Shown one piece after another: positions 54,859-64,000 of a DNA stretch of 64,000 nucleotides. The DNA lies in the NCBI GenBank assembly GCA_031370285.1, contig JANMQG010000057.1, positions 33,502-97,501 on the forward strand. Direction: 5' to 3'. How positions within the stretch are numbered: the first letter of the stretch is position 1; every line of letters begins with the position of its first letter. Under the pieces are notes generated by a model. That model did not search any database and was not told where the DNA came from. It saw only the letters and a program-made list of their open reading frames with translations. Made by a program: the position numbers and the translations under genes. The stretch comes from Chloracidobacterium sp. Its GTDB lineage: Bacteria; Acidobacteriota; Blastocatellia; Pyrinomonadales; Pyrinomonadaceae.

Positions 54859-56178
54859 TTAAGGCGTTGTTTTGTTCGTGACCCCGGCGGGTTTGGTTGG
54901 AGTGCGCGTCGGAAGCTTCACCGCCGGCGGTTCGCCCTTTGGGGCAACGCGTCCGTTGCGAGTCAGGGCAATGTGTTTGTCGCGGCTGGAGCCGTCATCC
55001 ACCACCACCTTAATCGAGCGAAAAGAGCCATCGCGCAATTTGTTGGTTGGATTGTAGGCCAGGACATACTGCGTGCGCAGGTCGCGCACAATCTCGTTGG
55101 CGATTTGCGGCAACTCGGATAGTGCTTCCGGAAAGAAGGCCCGTCCACCAGTTTCAGTGGCGAGTTTGTTAATCAGAGTAACCGCCTTATCACGCGGGCT
55201 CTTCCGAATGAGGCCACCTTCTTTGTCGAGTTCCCTGACAAATCCGATTACGTAAATCTGCACGTCTTCTTCGCGCAGTCGCGCAAATAGCTTCTCCTGA
55301 GAGTAAAAGCTGGATCGGTCTTCGCCGTCGGTAATTACAATCAAGGCGCGCCGCCGGCGATCGTTGTCATCTCCCTTTTTGTACGCAGCAACATGCTCAG
55401 CGGTAAGGTAGACAGCGTCGATTATCGCCGTCTGGCCTCCCTCAACGTAAAGTTCGTCAAGCCCGTCCATTAGCAAGTCTTTGCTGGCAGTGAAGTCCTG
55501 GACAGTTACTATCTTGTCGCTGCTGATAAAACGGACCAGGAAAGTTTCGTCGCCCGGCTTGTTGCTGTTGATGATGGTCTTGCCGGCGTCAATTACGCCC
55601 TGCAACTGTGAACGCAGCGAGCCGGAAGTATCAATCGCCAGCCCATAACTGATCGGCACTTCTTCACGCGAGAACGACTCAATGGGTTGGGCGACGCCAT
55701 CCTCGAAAACGTGAAAATCGGCTTGGCGCACATTGTCGATGGGCCGATTATTGCGGTCAATCACGCGAACATTCAGCGTAACCAATTCCGTGTTTACCTT
55801 GATGATCTCGTCCTCACCAAATTCTTCCGGCGGCGTGGGCGTTGGCTTGGGCTTAAGCACCGGAAGCGGTGGAGGCTCGCCGAGCTGAGGAGTTATGCGG
55901 TCAATCGGAGTTGGCGCGGCGGTCGGGCTGGGCGTAGGTCGGGACGTTGGAGTTGGGGTCGCCGCTGATGTCACCGGCCGGCTGACGGACTGAGTTGCAC
56001 GCGGCACGGGAGTAGGAGTTGGGGTTGCTTTGGGAGCTGTGACGGCGTTGCGAGGTCGCGAATTCTGGGTCCTGGCAGCGAAGACCAGGCCGGAACAAAT
56101 TATAGAGATCACCCCGAGGACCAGCGCCAGCGTCAATGCGAATCTTCGTCTCTTTATTCCGCTCATCCAGTTTCCCAT
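54859..56178 (-). CDS. VWA-domain protein, VWFA-related acidobacterial type
   Basis: N-terminal TM, Pro/Thr-rich linker, VWA MIDAS DTSGSL. C-terminal ...YVLAYNPTN...FRSIKV pattern, TIGR03436-like from memory. Confidence 0.8.
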   Translation of the reverse strand: MGNWMSGIKRRRFALTLALVLGVISIICSGLVFAARTQNSRPRNAVTAPKATPTPTPVPRATQSVSRPVTSAATPTPTSRPTPSPTAAPTPIDRITPQLGEPPPLPVLKPKPTPTPPEEFGEDEIIKVNTELVTLNVRVIDRNNRPIDNVRQADFHVFEDGVAQPIESFSREEVPISYGLAIDTSGSLRSQLQGVIDAGKTIINSNKPGDETFLVRFISSDKIVTVQDFTASKDLLMDGLDELYVEGGQTAIIDAVYLTAEHVAAYKKGDDNDRRRRALIVITDGEDRSSFYSQEKLFARLREEDVQIYVIGFVRELDKEGGLIRKSPRDKAVTLINKLATETGGRAFFPEALSELPQIANEIVRDLRTQYVLAYNPTNKLRDGSFRSIKVVVDDGSSRDKHIALTRNGRVAPKGEPPAVKLPTRTPTKPAGVTNKTTP

Positions 56179-56467
56179 CCATTCCCCCAGCAGTCTCCCA
56201 TTAGTTCCTTAGTAAGGTTCATCTTTTGAGAGTTCTAACTCAATCAATAGCAGCCAATGCTCACAGAAAGTCCGATCTATATTAGTTTAACCTCTCACGG
56301 GGCCGCTTGCGAAACAGCCTCGGTTCCTGGTAAGGCAAACCAATAGTTTGGCCGCGCAGGCTAACAGCTTGCGCTACCTGGCGACGTTATTGAAAGATGT
56401 TCGGGAGAGTTAATGCGTTGCCGTATGGCGACCTTGAAATCAACCGGGTGAATTCAACCAGCTCGCT

Positions 56468-57544
56468 TCAGCGCGAGCTGGGGACAGCGTAGTAGCCTTC
56501 TTTGGAGCGAACGAACAAGCGCGGCAAACCGCGTGGCGGAGTGACCTTCACTTTGATCTTGTGCCAGCGGCCGTCGTTGGTGAAATTCACGGGCTTGTAA
56601 CCAATCGAATATTGATGACGAAGCTCGAGCGCAATCTGCTCGAAAATGTCGTCCATCTCGGGGTTGCTTCTGGGGAAGAACGCTTTGCCGCCCGAGACGC
56701 TGGCGAGTTCATCCAGAATGCCCTGGCCTTCCATGCCCAACCCGCTGCCGGCGTCGCTGCCGCTAAGAATGCCGATGCCGTAGAGCGTTACATCCGACTC
56801 TTTCAGCAGCCGGCGCAGCTCGTTAAAGGTGTAGCGAGAATTATTGTCCTGACCGTCGCTGATCAACAGCAATGCGCGTTTGGGATGAGTGCCGCGCTGG
56901 ACCTTCTCTACGCCGAGATAGCAGGCGTCGTACAGCGCAGTATTGTTTCTGGTTTGTACAAACGTGAGCTTGTCGAGGACTTGATTCCCATCGCGAGTTT
57001 TGTCGAGCAGCAATTGCGCTCTGGAATTGAAGGCGATCAGAAAATACTCATCCATGTTATGGCTGGTCTGGATAAACTTGGACAGCGCGTCGCGCGCGCG
57101 CTTGACCTTGTCACCACTCATCGATCCCGAGACGTCAAAGATTACGCCAACTGAAACGGGCGAATCGTCGTCGCTAAAGTAAGTTATCTCCTGGGGCTTC
57201 TTCTCATCGAGCACCGTAAAAGCGGCCTTGCCCAATCCTGAAACATAGCGCCCATAGGTGTCAGTTACCGTAACGGTAAAGGTAATCAGGTCGGTGTTCG
57301 TGATGACCGGACCCTGGCCGAGGTCGTTTGGCGACTTCTGTTGGCCGGGAGCCGAGGCCTCGGCATTGGGAGGCGTTGGCTGGGCGGCTGGTTCGCTAGT
57401 GTGCTCGCTGGGCGACGATGCGTTGGTAGATTTTTGCGGGCTCTTGTCCTGCGTTCGCGCAACTGGAGAATTGGAAATGAGAAAGAGGATAACCAGACAG
57501 GAGATTATGGCGATGGTAAAAGCGCGTCCAGGAGGTAAGTGCAT
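56468..57544 (-). CDS. VWA-domain protein, VWFA-related acidobacterial type (paralog)
   Basis: Start at ATG 57544. TM, low-complexity linker, DVSGSM MIDAS, ...YSIGYKPVN...WHKIKV. Confidence 0.8.
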   Translation of the reverse strand: MHLPPGRAFTIAIISCLVILFLISNSPVARTQDKSPQKSTNASSPSEHTSEPAAQPTPPNAEASAPGQQKSPNDLGQGPVITNTDLITFTVTVTDTYGRYVSGLGKAAFTVLDEKKPQEITYFSDDDSPVSVGVIFDVSGSMSGDKVKRARDALSKFIQTSHNMDEYFLIAFNSRAQLLLDKTRDGNQVLDKLTFVQTRNNTALYDACYLGVEKVQRGTHPKRALLLISDGQDNNSRYTFNELRRLLKESDVTLYGIGILSGSDAGSGLGMEGQGILDELASVSGGKAFFPRSNPEMDDIFEQIALELRHQYSIGYKPVNFTNDGRWHKIKVKVTPPRGLPRLFVRSKEGYYAVPSSR

Positions 57545-57905
57545 GTGACCCTCGCGTTCCTCGCAGGCGTTACTGAATAGAGCCGGCTGATGGTTGGAGA
57601 CCAGAGATAGGGCTGCAACCACAGATGCCGGATGCAGAAGCCGTGATGTCCGAAGACCTGAAATTTTCTTAGATCTAACTGGGAATCGCTGACGTGGGGA
57701 AACGGCCGCGCGCTACTTCCAATCCAGTCTGTGATAGCTGCGATTCATTGTAAGACGGATAGCGGACGGGGTAAAGCGAAAAGGACAGAAGGCAGTGGGC
57801 AGAAAGCAGAAAGCAGAAGACAAGGGGCAGCGAACCGAAAATCTGGCCCCAGTAATGTGCCAGTCAAACTACTGTACGGGACTGCATATGTCGTAAACTT
57901 GTGGC

Positions 57906-58493
57906 ATGACAAGCCGTCCGCGCGGATACTGGTCACTCGGTTTCCGGAATCGTTTTCGTCACTGGCGCTTTTGGGGCTGGGCGCTAGTGACCGCACCGCT
58001 ATGGCTCATTGGCGCGTTTATTCTGGTGCGGGATGGACTGCTCGCGCCGGAATACAGAAATGCATACATTCTCCAATTCCTTCCCTCTTTCCGTTGGTAT
58101 TGGCATTGGTATGCTATCGGACTGCTTATCTATTGTTTCGGTCTACTGCTTTTTGTCGCGCCAGTGGCAAACCAATTCAAGCTAGCGGCAGAGCGAGAAC
58201 GCTCCGACAAGAAACTACGTTGCTATCAAAGGCTTCGACAGTCTCAATTTCACCCACCGCCGCCTCATCGTGAAGTCATAGCTGAGTCCAATATAGAACC
58301 GATCGCGATGGAGACAATCCACGCTTTCAGGAACGAGCGCGGCTTCATAATTGAAACCAATGAAACTGAAGCGACATTGAGAGCCTTAGTGATTCCATTT
58401 AAGAACAATCGCAATCATCGCTCTTTGGCGACAAATAGACATGCTCAACGAGTTAGACAAGAAAGACTCTTAGGCGGCTTTCTTTTTCGTTAG
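57906..58493 (+). CDS. hypothetical membrane protein
   Basis: 195-aa ORF with 2-3 hydrophobic segments. Overlaps an alternative-frame ORF (57731-58273). No motif. Confidence 0.35.
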   Translation: MTSRPRGYWSLGFRNRFRHWRFWGWALVTAPLWLIGAFILVRDGLLAPEYRNAYILQFLPSFRWYWHWYAIGLLIYCFGLLLFVAPVANQFKLAAERERSDKKLRCYQRLRQSQFHPPPPHREVIAESNIEPIAMETIHAFRNERGFIIETNETEATLRALVIPFKNNRNHRSLATNRHAQRVRQERLLGGFLFR

Positions 58494-58528
58494 TTGCTTT
58501 GTATTCAAAGCGAGAAACAGATTGAAAG

Positions 58529-58766
58529 CCTCCAACGAGGCTGCGGAGCAGCCGGAAGAGTATTAGCCCCTGGCGAGGCTTTGCGAGCCTGGGGAAACAT
58601 CGCATGAAATCAACCGAGCCTGCGAAGCTGGCGACAGAATCTCGCCACTAGACCATTTCTGTCGCCAGCTTCGCAGGCTCATGGTTTTAGTTGGTCAACT
58701 TTCCCCAGGCTCGCAAAGCCTCGCCAGGGGCTAATACTCTATCGCCTGCTACGCAGGCTGGTTGAG
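58529..58766. repeat. about 240-bp nested palindrome of REP-like units (REPIN-like doublet)
   Basis: Perfect 41-bp arms agagtattagcccctggcgaggctttgcgagcctggggaaa (58557-58597) / reverse complement (58700-58740). Inner arms gagcctgcgaagctggcgacag / ctgtcgccagcttcgcaggctc. Confidence 0.85.
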
Positions 58767-59326
58767 TTATCCCCACAAGTGCGCTTCATCAAAGTCGATG
58801 TGGTGGGCCCTTAGTAACGCTTTGAACTCTTCTGCGAAAGAGAACTCTTGGTGATGCTTTTCCTGGTTGCGAATGTACAGTCTCACATTGTCGACTTGAG
58901 ATTCACTGACAGTGAACGCACCATAACGCGCCTGCCAGGCAAAGCGGCCTTTGGTTTGCCGTTTGGCCCAACCCGAAGAGTTCGCTTTCAACTTGCTCAA
59001 GAAGTCTGACACGGAGATGGTTGGACGTAGCTTAACCAGCAGATGGACATGATCTGACACTCCGTTGATCTCAATTGGAATGCATCCTAAACCGCGCACG
59101 ATACCTCCGAGATATTCGTGCAATCTAGGCTTCAACGTGTTCGTAATTAGTGGAGCGCGCTCCTTTGTCGCGTACACAACGTGACAGAGGAGATTGGTAT
59201 ATGACATATCTTTACCTCTTTCGCCTGCTAGCAGGCTCATTCCTTTTGGTTGGTTAGTTTCCCCAGGCTCGCAGAGCCTCGCCAGGGGCTAGGATTCTAT
59301 CGCCTGCATCACAGGCTGGTTGAGTG
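58662..59326 (-). mobile_element. IS200/IS605-family or RAYT-type element: Y1 transposase gene flanked by about 105-bp direct repeats
   Basis: 58662-58768 and 59221-59326 align (tcgcc.gct..gcaggctcat..tttccccaggctcgca.agcctcgccaggggcta..a.tctatcgcctgc..c.caggctggttgagt). About 665 bp total, IS200-like size. Confidence 0.7.
58767..59207 (-). CDS. tnpA: IS200-like / REP-associated tyrosine (Y1, HUH) transposase
   Basis: 146 aa from ATG 59207 (GAGG RBS). HUH motif DHVHLLV, catalytic Tyr region VRLYIRNQEKHH. Confidence 0.9.
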   Translation of the reverse strand: MSYTNLLCHVVYATKERAPLITNTLKPRLHEYLGGIVRGLGCIPIEINGVSDHVHLLVKLRPTISVSDFLSKLKANSSGWAKRQTKGRFAWQARYGAFTVSESQVDNVRLYIRNQEKHHQEFSFAEEFKALLRAHHIDFDEAHLWG

Positions 59327-59549
59327 TGAAGCTGTAGTGAGGATGTTCCAACAGTTGCCGAAGAATTTGCATCGAGCAGGAAGTAGTGCAATCCCTGACC
59401 ATTTCCTTGATCCCCTAAGCTAGTCACTGCTGTGGGAACTTTCCAGTCGCGTCATCGTGTACTAGGAGCTGCGTAGTGGGCAGCAAACGGTTGTCGCGAG
59501 CGCGCATGCTATACTTTCGCGCTACTCTAACCGTAGGAAGCATGAAGTA

Positions 59550-60791
59550 ATGGCTGAGTTCATTTGCCGACTAGGGACGCCCGCGGGCGAGGTTGTAACG
59601 CGCACAATCGAAGCGCCGGGTGTCAACGAAGCGCGCGCGCGCTTGGAGCGTGAAGGCTTCCGCGTTTTCAATGTCACGCCCCCGAAAACAAGTGGAGTGA
59701 CCGCGCTAACGCGATTTGGCGGACGCGGCGGTCAACCAAAAGTAAAGGCAGGGGACTTCCTGCTTTTCAACCAACAACTAGCGGCATTGGTGCGCGCTGG
59801 TATACCCATTCTGCAAGCCATCTCGATGTTACGTAAGCGCGCCGCCTCCGCACGTTTGCGCGCAGTGCTCGGGGACGTTGAAGATCAGATTCGCGGAGGC
59901 GCGGCGCTTTCCCAGGCTTTTGCGTCGCAGGGAAATATCTTCCCAAGAATCTACACGGCTTCGATTCTGGCTGGCGAACGTTCAGGTGCGTTGGATGAGG
60001 TGCTGCTTCGTTACGTCACCTACATGCGACGCAATGTAGCGTTGCGCCGCAAGATTCGCGGCGCCCTCGCTTATCCGCTCTTCCTGCTCTTCGCCTCGGG
60101 CTGCATGGTGACTTTTCTGACAGTGTATGTGGTGCCGAGGATGTCGGATCTGTTTTCAGGATTTGGCACTGAACTCCCAACCGTTACACAAATCGTACTG
60201 GGTCTTTCTAAATGGCTGTCGACTAACGTGCTCTGGTTTGGCCCGCTGTTTATTGGCGGCGCCATCGCTCTGTTTCTCTGGTCACGAACCGAGTCTGGTC
60301 GACTGAAAGTGGATGCAATGCTGTTGAAGATTCCACTCGCCGGTAATCTTGTTATTCAGCTTTCAATCGCACAAGCCACACGCTCGCTGGCAACGTTATT
60401 GGCTGGTGGCATTACGCTGGTTGAGTCGTGGGAGATAGCCGGGGAATCAATTACAAACCGTGAGTTGCGGCGGCGCAGCTCGGCGATTCTGCCGATGATT
60501 CGCGAGGGCCGTACATTTACTGAGAGTCTGGAAGCGGCCAACTGGGTGCCGCTGCTTGCGGTTGACATGGTGGGTATCGGCGAGCGGTCCGGCAGTTTGC
60601 GTGAGATGCTTGACGAGGTGGCAGTCTTCTATGATGCCGAATCGGAGGTTCGGCTTGAGCAGTTGACGACCACGCTGGAGCCTGCGATTCTGGTGGTCAT
60701 GGGTGGAATCGTCGTCACTATTCTCCTGGCCATCTATCTTCCTATCATTCAATCAATTTCCGGCGGCACGGGAGTTACCGGCCGTCACTAA
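59550..60791 (+). CDS. type II secretion / type IV pilus platform protein (GspF/PilC family)
   Basis: 413 aa. Two T2SSF repeats and three TM segments. LLFNQQLAALVRAGIPILQA typical. Confidence 0.9.
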   Translation: MAEFICRLGTPAGEVVTRTIEAPGVNEARARLEREGFRVFNVTPPKTSGVTALTRFGGRGGQPKVKAGDFLLFNQQLAALVRAGIPILQAISMLRKRAASARLRAVLGDVEDQIRGGAALSQAFASQGNIFPRIYTASILAGERSGALDEVLLRYVTYMRRNVALRRKIRGALAYPLFLLFASGCMVTFLTVYVVPRMSDLFSGFGTELPTVTQIVLGLSKWLSTNVLWFGPLFIGGAIALFLWSRTESGRLKVDAMLLKIPLAGNLVIQLSIAQATRSLATLLAGGITLVESWEIAGESITNRELRRRSSAILPMIREGRTFTESLEAANWVPLLAVDMVGIGERSGSLREMLDEVAVFYDAESEVRLEQLTTTLEPAILVVMGGIVVTILLAIYLPIIQSISGGTGVTGRH

Positions 60792-60851
60792 GGCAAAGCC
60801 GAGGAGGTCCGCAAGACGCTGGTTGATCACCGGCGACGGCAGCAAAACTGA

Positions 60852-62570
60852 ATGAAAGAGTTACCGCAAAATCTCGGAGCAACACCGCCCTCGCAACCAA
60901 CATTGAGTTCGCCGCTGGCAGTAGAAAGCCTGGCGCCTGGTGGAGACAACCATGATCCGCCTGAGGTGCGCACGGCGAAGGAACTTGCCCGTCGCTATCG
61001 GTTGACCTTCGTTGAACTACTTCCTACCGATCAGGAGTCCCCCATCAATTACGCTCTCTTCAATGAGATTCCGGTCGATCTGATGGTGCGTCACCAGTTT
61101 CTTCCGTTAGGGCGTGATGAAAAGGGACTGCACCTCGGGATGGCTGATCCAACCGACCTGGAACGGCTGGATGAACTCGCGAACGCACTGAAAGCGCGGA
61201 TTGTTCCTTACGTCGCCACGGCCGGAGCCATCGAGGTCATCTTGCGGCGCGGCGATGCCACGCAACGCGTTTTGCAGGAAGCAGCGTCGGGCTTTCGCAT
61301 TTCTTTGGTCAGGGAAACTGAAAGTGGTGAAGAGGTACTCGATCTCGATCGCCTGGCCACCGATTCCGAGATGTCCCCGATTATTAAGCTGGTGGACACG
61401 ATCATCTATAACGCGATGGAGTCGCGTGCCTCCGACATTCACATTGAAACGCGAGACACAGAGGTGCAGGTCAAGTATCGAATTGACGGAGCCCTTTACG
61501 CCAAAGTTGATCCGATTGACCTTGCTTTCCACCAAACGTTGATCTCGCGCATCAAGGTCATGTCCGAGTTGGATATTGCCGAGCGTCGCGTGCCGCAGGA
61601 CGGTCGCTTCCGAGTTCGCTACAAAGGCCGCAACGTTGATTTTCGCGTTTCGATCATGCCCACGATTCACGGCGAAGACGCGGTCATTCGTATTCTCGAC
61701 AAGGAGCAGATCAACGAAGAGTTTAAGAATTTGAATCTTGACGTGGTGGGCTTTGCCGAAGACGACCTGAGAAAGTTTCGCCACTATATTGCCGAGCCTT
61801 ACGGCATGGTGCTGGTGACTGGTCCCACCGGTTCCGGCAAGACCACCACGCTTTACGCCGCGCTCAACGAAATCAGAAACGAAGAAGACAAGATCGTCAC
61901 CATCGAGGATCCGGTGGAGTATCAGTTGCACGGTATTACCCAGATTCCGGTTAACGAGAAGAAAGGGCTGACATTCGACCGCGGCCTGCGTTCGATTCTG
62001 CGCCACGACCCCGACAAGATCATGATCGGGGAAATCCGTGACACCGAAACCGCGCAGATTGCCATCCAGTCTGCGTTGACAGGCCATCTTGTTTTCACCA
62101 CCGTACACGCAAACAACGTCATCGACGTCATCGGGCGTTTTCTCAACATGGGCGTTGAGCCTTACAACTTTGTTTCGTGCTTGAACTGCGTATTAGCCCA
62201 GCGGTTGATTCGCATGCTTTGTCCTTATTGCAAGCGTCAATATCGCGCGAAAGAGCAGGAGTTGATTGAATCAGGACTAAGACCGGAAGAGCACCTTGAG
62301 ACGCCTTTCTATATCAACGTCGGCTGCGATGCCTGCAACCACACCGGCTATCGTGGCCGCACGGCGATTCATGAACTGCTCGATCTTTCCGACAATATTC
62401 GCGAAATGATCGTCGAGCGCCGGCCAGGCTCGGAGGTTCGCAGAGCGGCCGAGGCCGAAGGGCTGACAAGTTTGCGTGAATCTGCGCTCCGGAAAGTGTT
62501 CGCGGGGGTCTCAACGCTGCACGAGATTAACCGGGTGACGTTTGTCGAGGAAGTGGGCGCCCGTCGCTAA
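60852..62570 (+). CDS. type II secretion / type IV pilus assembly ATPase (GspE/PilB family)
   Basis: N-terminal T2SSE_N-like domain, Walker A GPTGSGKTT, Asp box, tetracysteine CPYC...CDAC. Confidence 0.92.
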   Translation: MKELPQNLGATPPSQPTLSSPLAVESLAPGGDNHDPPEVRTAKELARRYRLTFVELLPTDQESPINYALFNEIPVDLMVRHQFLPLGRDEKGLHLGMADPTDLERLDELANALKARIVPYVATAGAIEVILRRGDATQRVLQEAASGFRISLVRETESGEEVLDLDRLATDSEMSPIIKLVDTIIYNAMESRASDIHIETRDTEVQVKYRIDGALYAKVDPIDLAFHQTLISRIKVMSELDIAERRVPQDGRFRVRYKGRNVDFRVSIMPTIHGEDAVIRILDKEQINEEFKNLNLDVVGFAEDDLRKFRHYIAEPYGMVLVTGPTGSGKTTTLYAALNEIRNEEDKIVTIEDPVEYQLHGITQIPVNEKKGLTFDRGLRSILRHDPDKIMIGEIRDTETAQIAIQSALTGHLVFTTVHANNVIDVIGRFLNMGVEPYNFVSCLNCVLAQRLIRMLCPYCKRQYRAKEQELIESGLRPEEHLETPFYINVGCDACNHTGYRGRTAIHELLDLSDNIREMIVERRPGSEVRRAAEAEGLTSLRESALRKVFAGVSTLHEINRVTFVEEVGARR

Positions 62571-62791
62571 GGTCGAAGGTAAGGCGCGATTGTTAGGTTG
62601 CGAGTTCCTTGAGCCGTTGCCGCGAAAACTAACAGGTGCGCGTCGCAAGATTTGCTGCCGTTTTAAGGAACTGTTATTTTTGGCTTGCGTGTAAGAAAAT
62701 GAGGCGGGGGGTTGCATCTTAGCCTCCTGAACGGCATTATTAAACCAAGTTTATTGGCTGCTTCGGCCAGCGACCTTCACCGGAGACTATT

Positions 62792-64000
62792 ATGAGAATA
62801 AAAATAGAGACGCGCGTTTTTGTTTCCCTATTGCTTACCTTCTGTCTGCTGGTTTTGCCGGCGACTGCTTTCGCCAAGAAAGGTGACAAGCATTTCAAAG
62901 AGGGAATGCGCAACGAGGCGGCCCAGCAATGGGAGAAAGCTGCCCAGGAGTTTACCATGGCGGTTGCTGCCGATCCTTCAAATCTGGAGTATCAGCTCCA
63001 TTTTCGTCGGGCGAGCTTCAACGCTTCGCAGTCGTATATGCAGCAGGGTCGCGCTCTGGCGGAACAGAGGGATTTCGTTGGAGCCTATAACGCTTTTCGC
63101 CAGGCTTACGGGTACGATCCCGTAAACGAGTTGGCAGTTTCTGAGATGGAGCACATGTTACGTCTCCAGGGCGTGAAAGAAGGGACCAACACAGGGAATG
63201 AAAAGAGCACTGATCCGGGATCAGCCGGCTCGACGAGCGCGCAGGAGGCTGCTTTAGAGCCGCCGCGACTTGAGATGCGCGTAATAAGTTACAGTGGAGA
63301 TTTGAAGGCTTTCATTCGCAGCCTCGCCGAGCAGCTCAACTTGAATGTTATTTTCGACCGGCAGTCGTTTGTCCAACCGCGCACCATCGATATCAATTTG
63401 CGCGAAGTCACTACCTCGCAAGCGCTCGACTACATTTTTCTCCAGGAGAGCTTATTTTTTCAAAAGCTCAGCCGGCGAACAATTCTGGTCGCGGAACAAA
63501 CGCGCCGGCCGCAATACCAACAACTGGTTTTGCGCACGTTCTTCCTGGCAAACAGTGATCCTGAAAAAGCTAAGACACTCGTCGCACAGGCGATACCTCC
63601 CTCAGTTGGCCGGCCGCAGACCATCGTCGTTGCCGACAAAGACACTAACAGCTTGACGATTCGCGACACCGCCGAAAACGTGCGCTTGATTGGGGAGCTG
63701 ATTCAAAGCATCGACAAGGATCGCGCCGAAGTCGTGATGGACGTGAACATCTACGAAGTGTCCAAAAACGATCTGCTGCAATTTGGTAGTCAGTTGGGAA
63801 CGGAGACGACGCTTCTTAATCTTGGCGGTATACAGAGGGGCCTCTCGGTTCTTCAGGGCGGGGCAGGCACCGTCGGTCTGCCTGTCGCCCTTGGTTCGGC
63901 GCTGATTTTGCCGTCTTCGACCCTGACGGCGCTTCAGAGTAGAAATCGTACGAAACTTATTGCTTCGACCCAGGTACATGCATTCAATGGCGAGGAGTCA
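62792..64000 (+). CDS. secretin (GspD/PilQ family) with N-terminal TPR-like region, partial (runs off window end)
   Basis: Own translation from ATG 62792: signal peptide MRIKIETRVFVSLLLTFCLLVLPATAFA, secretin N-domains (ISYSGDLKAFIRSLAEQLNLNVIFD, TNSLTIRDTAENVRLIGELIQSIDK), then the start of the secretin core. Open to base 64000. Confidence 0.8.
   Translation, partial: MRIKIETRVFVSLLLTFCLLVLPATAFAKKGDKHFKEGMRNEAAQQWEKAAQEFTMAVAADPSNLEYQLHFRRASFNASQSYMQQGRALAEQRDFVGAYNAFRQAYGYDPVNELAVSEMEHMLRLQGVKEGTNTGNEKSTDPGSAGSTSAQEAALEPPRLEMRVISYSGDLKAFIRSLAEQLNLNVIFDRQSFVQPRTIDINLREVTTSQALDYIFLQESLFFQKLSRRTILVAEQTRRPQYQQLVLRTFFLANSDPEKAKTLVAQAIPPSVGRPQTIVVADKDTNSLTIRDTAENVRLIGELIQSIDKDRAEVVMDVNIYEVSKNDLLQFGSQLGTETTLLNLGGIQRGLSVLQGGAGTVGLPVALGSALILPSSTLTALQSRNRTKLIASTQVHAFNGEES

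Noticed and set aside
57798-57822. (GCAGAAA)x3 purine-rich run as another hairpin element
   Set aside because: No inverted partner lies within several hundred bp. It is mentioned only as a possible decayed arm.
61107-62108. 333-aa minus-strand ORF opposite GspE
   Set aside because: Shadow ORF antisense to a Walker-A-containing ATPase gene.

Overview
64-kb chromosomal segment, probably from an Acidobacteriota genome. That assignment is an inference from two VWFA-related acidobacterial-type proteins, Ser/Thr-kinase/TolB fusions and a secreted TPR-CHAT protein. Left part (1-12.4 kb) holds heme and iron genes (hemH partial, hemN, feoA/feoB and a small Cys-rich partner). It also holds small Cys-rich proteins carrying a diverged 380-bp tandem duplication, Hsp20, pyruvate:ferredoxin oxidoreductase and a DHOD-like gene. 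Middle part (12.4-30.2 kb) looks accessory. An intact tRNA-Ala(CGC) at 30114-30189 has two same-orientation partial copies of its 3' half at 19196 and 12831, a fossil tandem-island signature, and I found no integrase. This region carries an amidohydrolase/SDR/four-subunit benzoyl-CoA-reductase-like cluster and a kinase-TolB protein. It also has a peroxiredoxin-like gene split by an in-frame TGA exactly at the first Cys of WCPYC (selenoprotein candidate). Finally there is a 1891-aa kinase-STAND-TPR protein ending in two family-5 solute-binding domains, bracketed by about 40-bp direct repeats. Right part holds AlaX, M61 peptidase, TPR-CHAT and guaB, followed by a compact bacterial microcompartment (BMC) locus at 42.5-49.1 kb. 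The locus has 2 BMC-H, 1 BMC-P, an acylating aldehyde dehydrogenase, an ACT/UPF0237 + UPF0210/DUF711 pair, a zinc-ribbon tail-anchored protein and a 4-TM protein, with no classical signature enzyme. Nearly every intergenic gap in this locus is a long-armed hairpin built from tandem heptamers, each with a different sequence. The window ends with transport genes, two VWA paralogs, an IS200/RAYT-like element embedded in REP-like palindromes, and a GspF-GspE-secretin cluster. All functional calls rest on motif recognition by eye; no database search was run.
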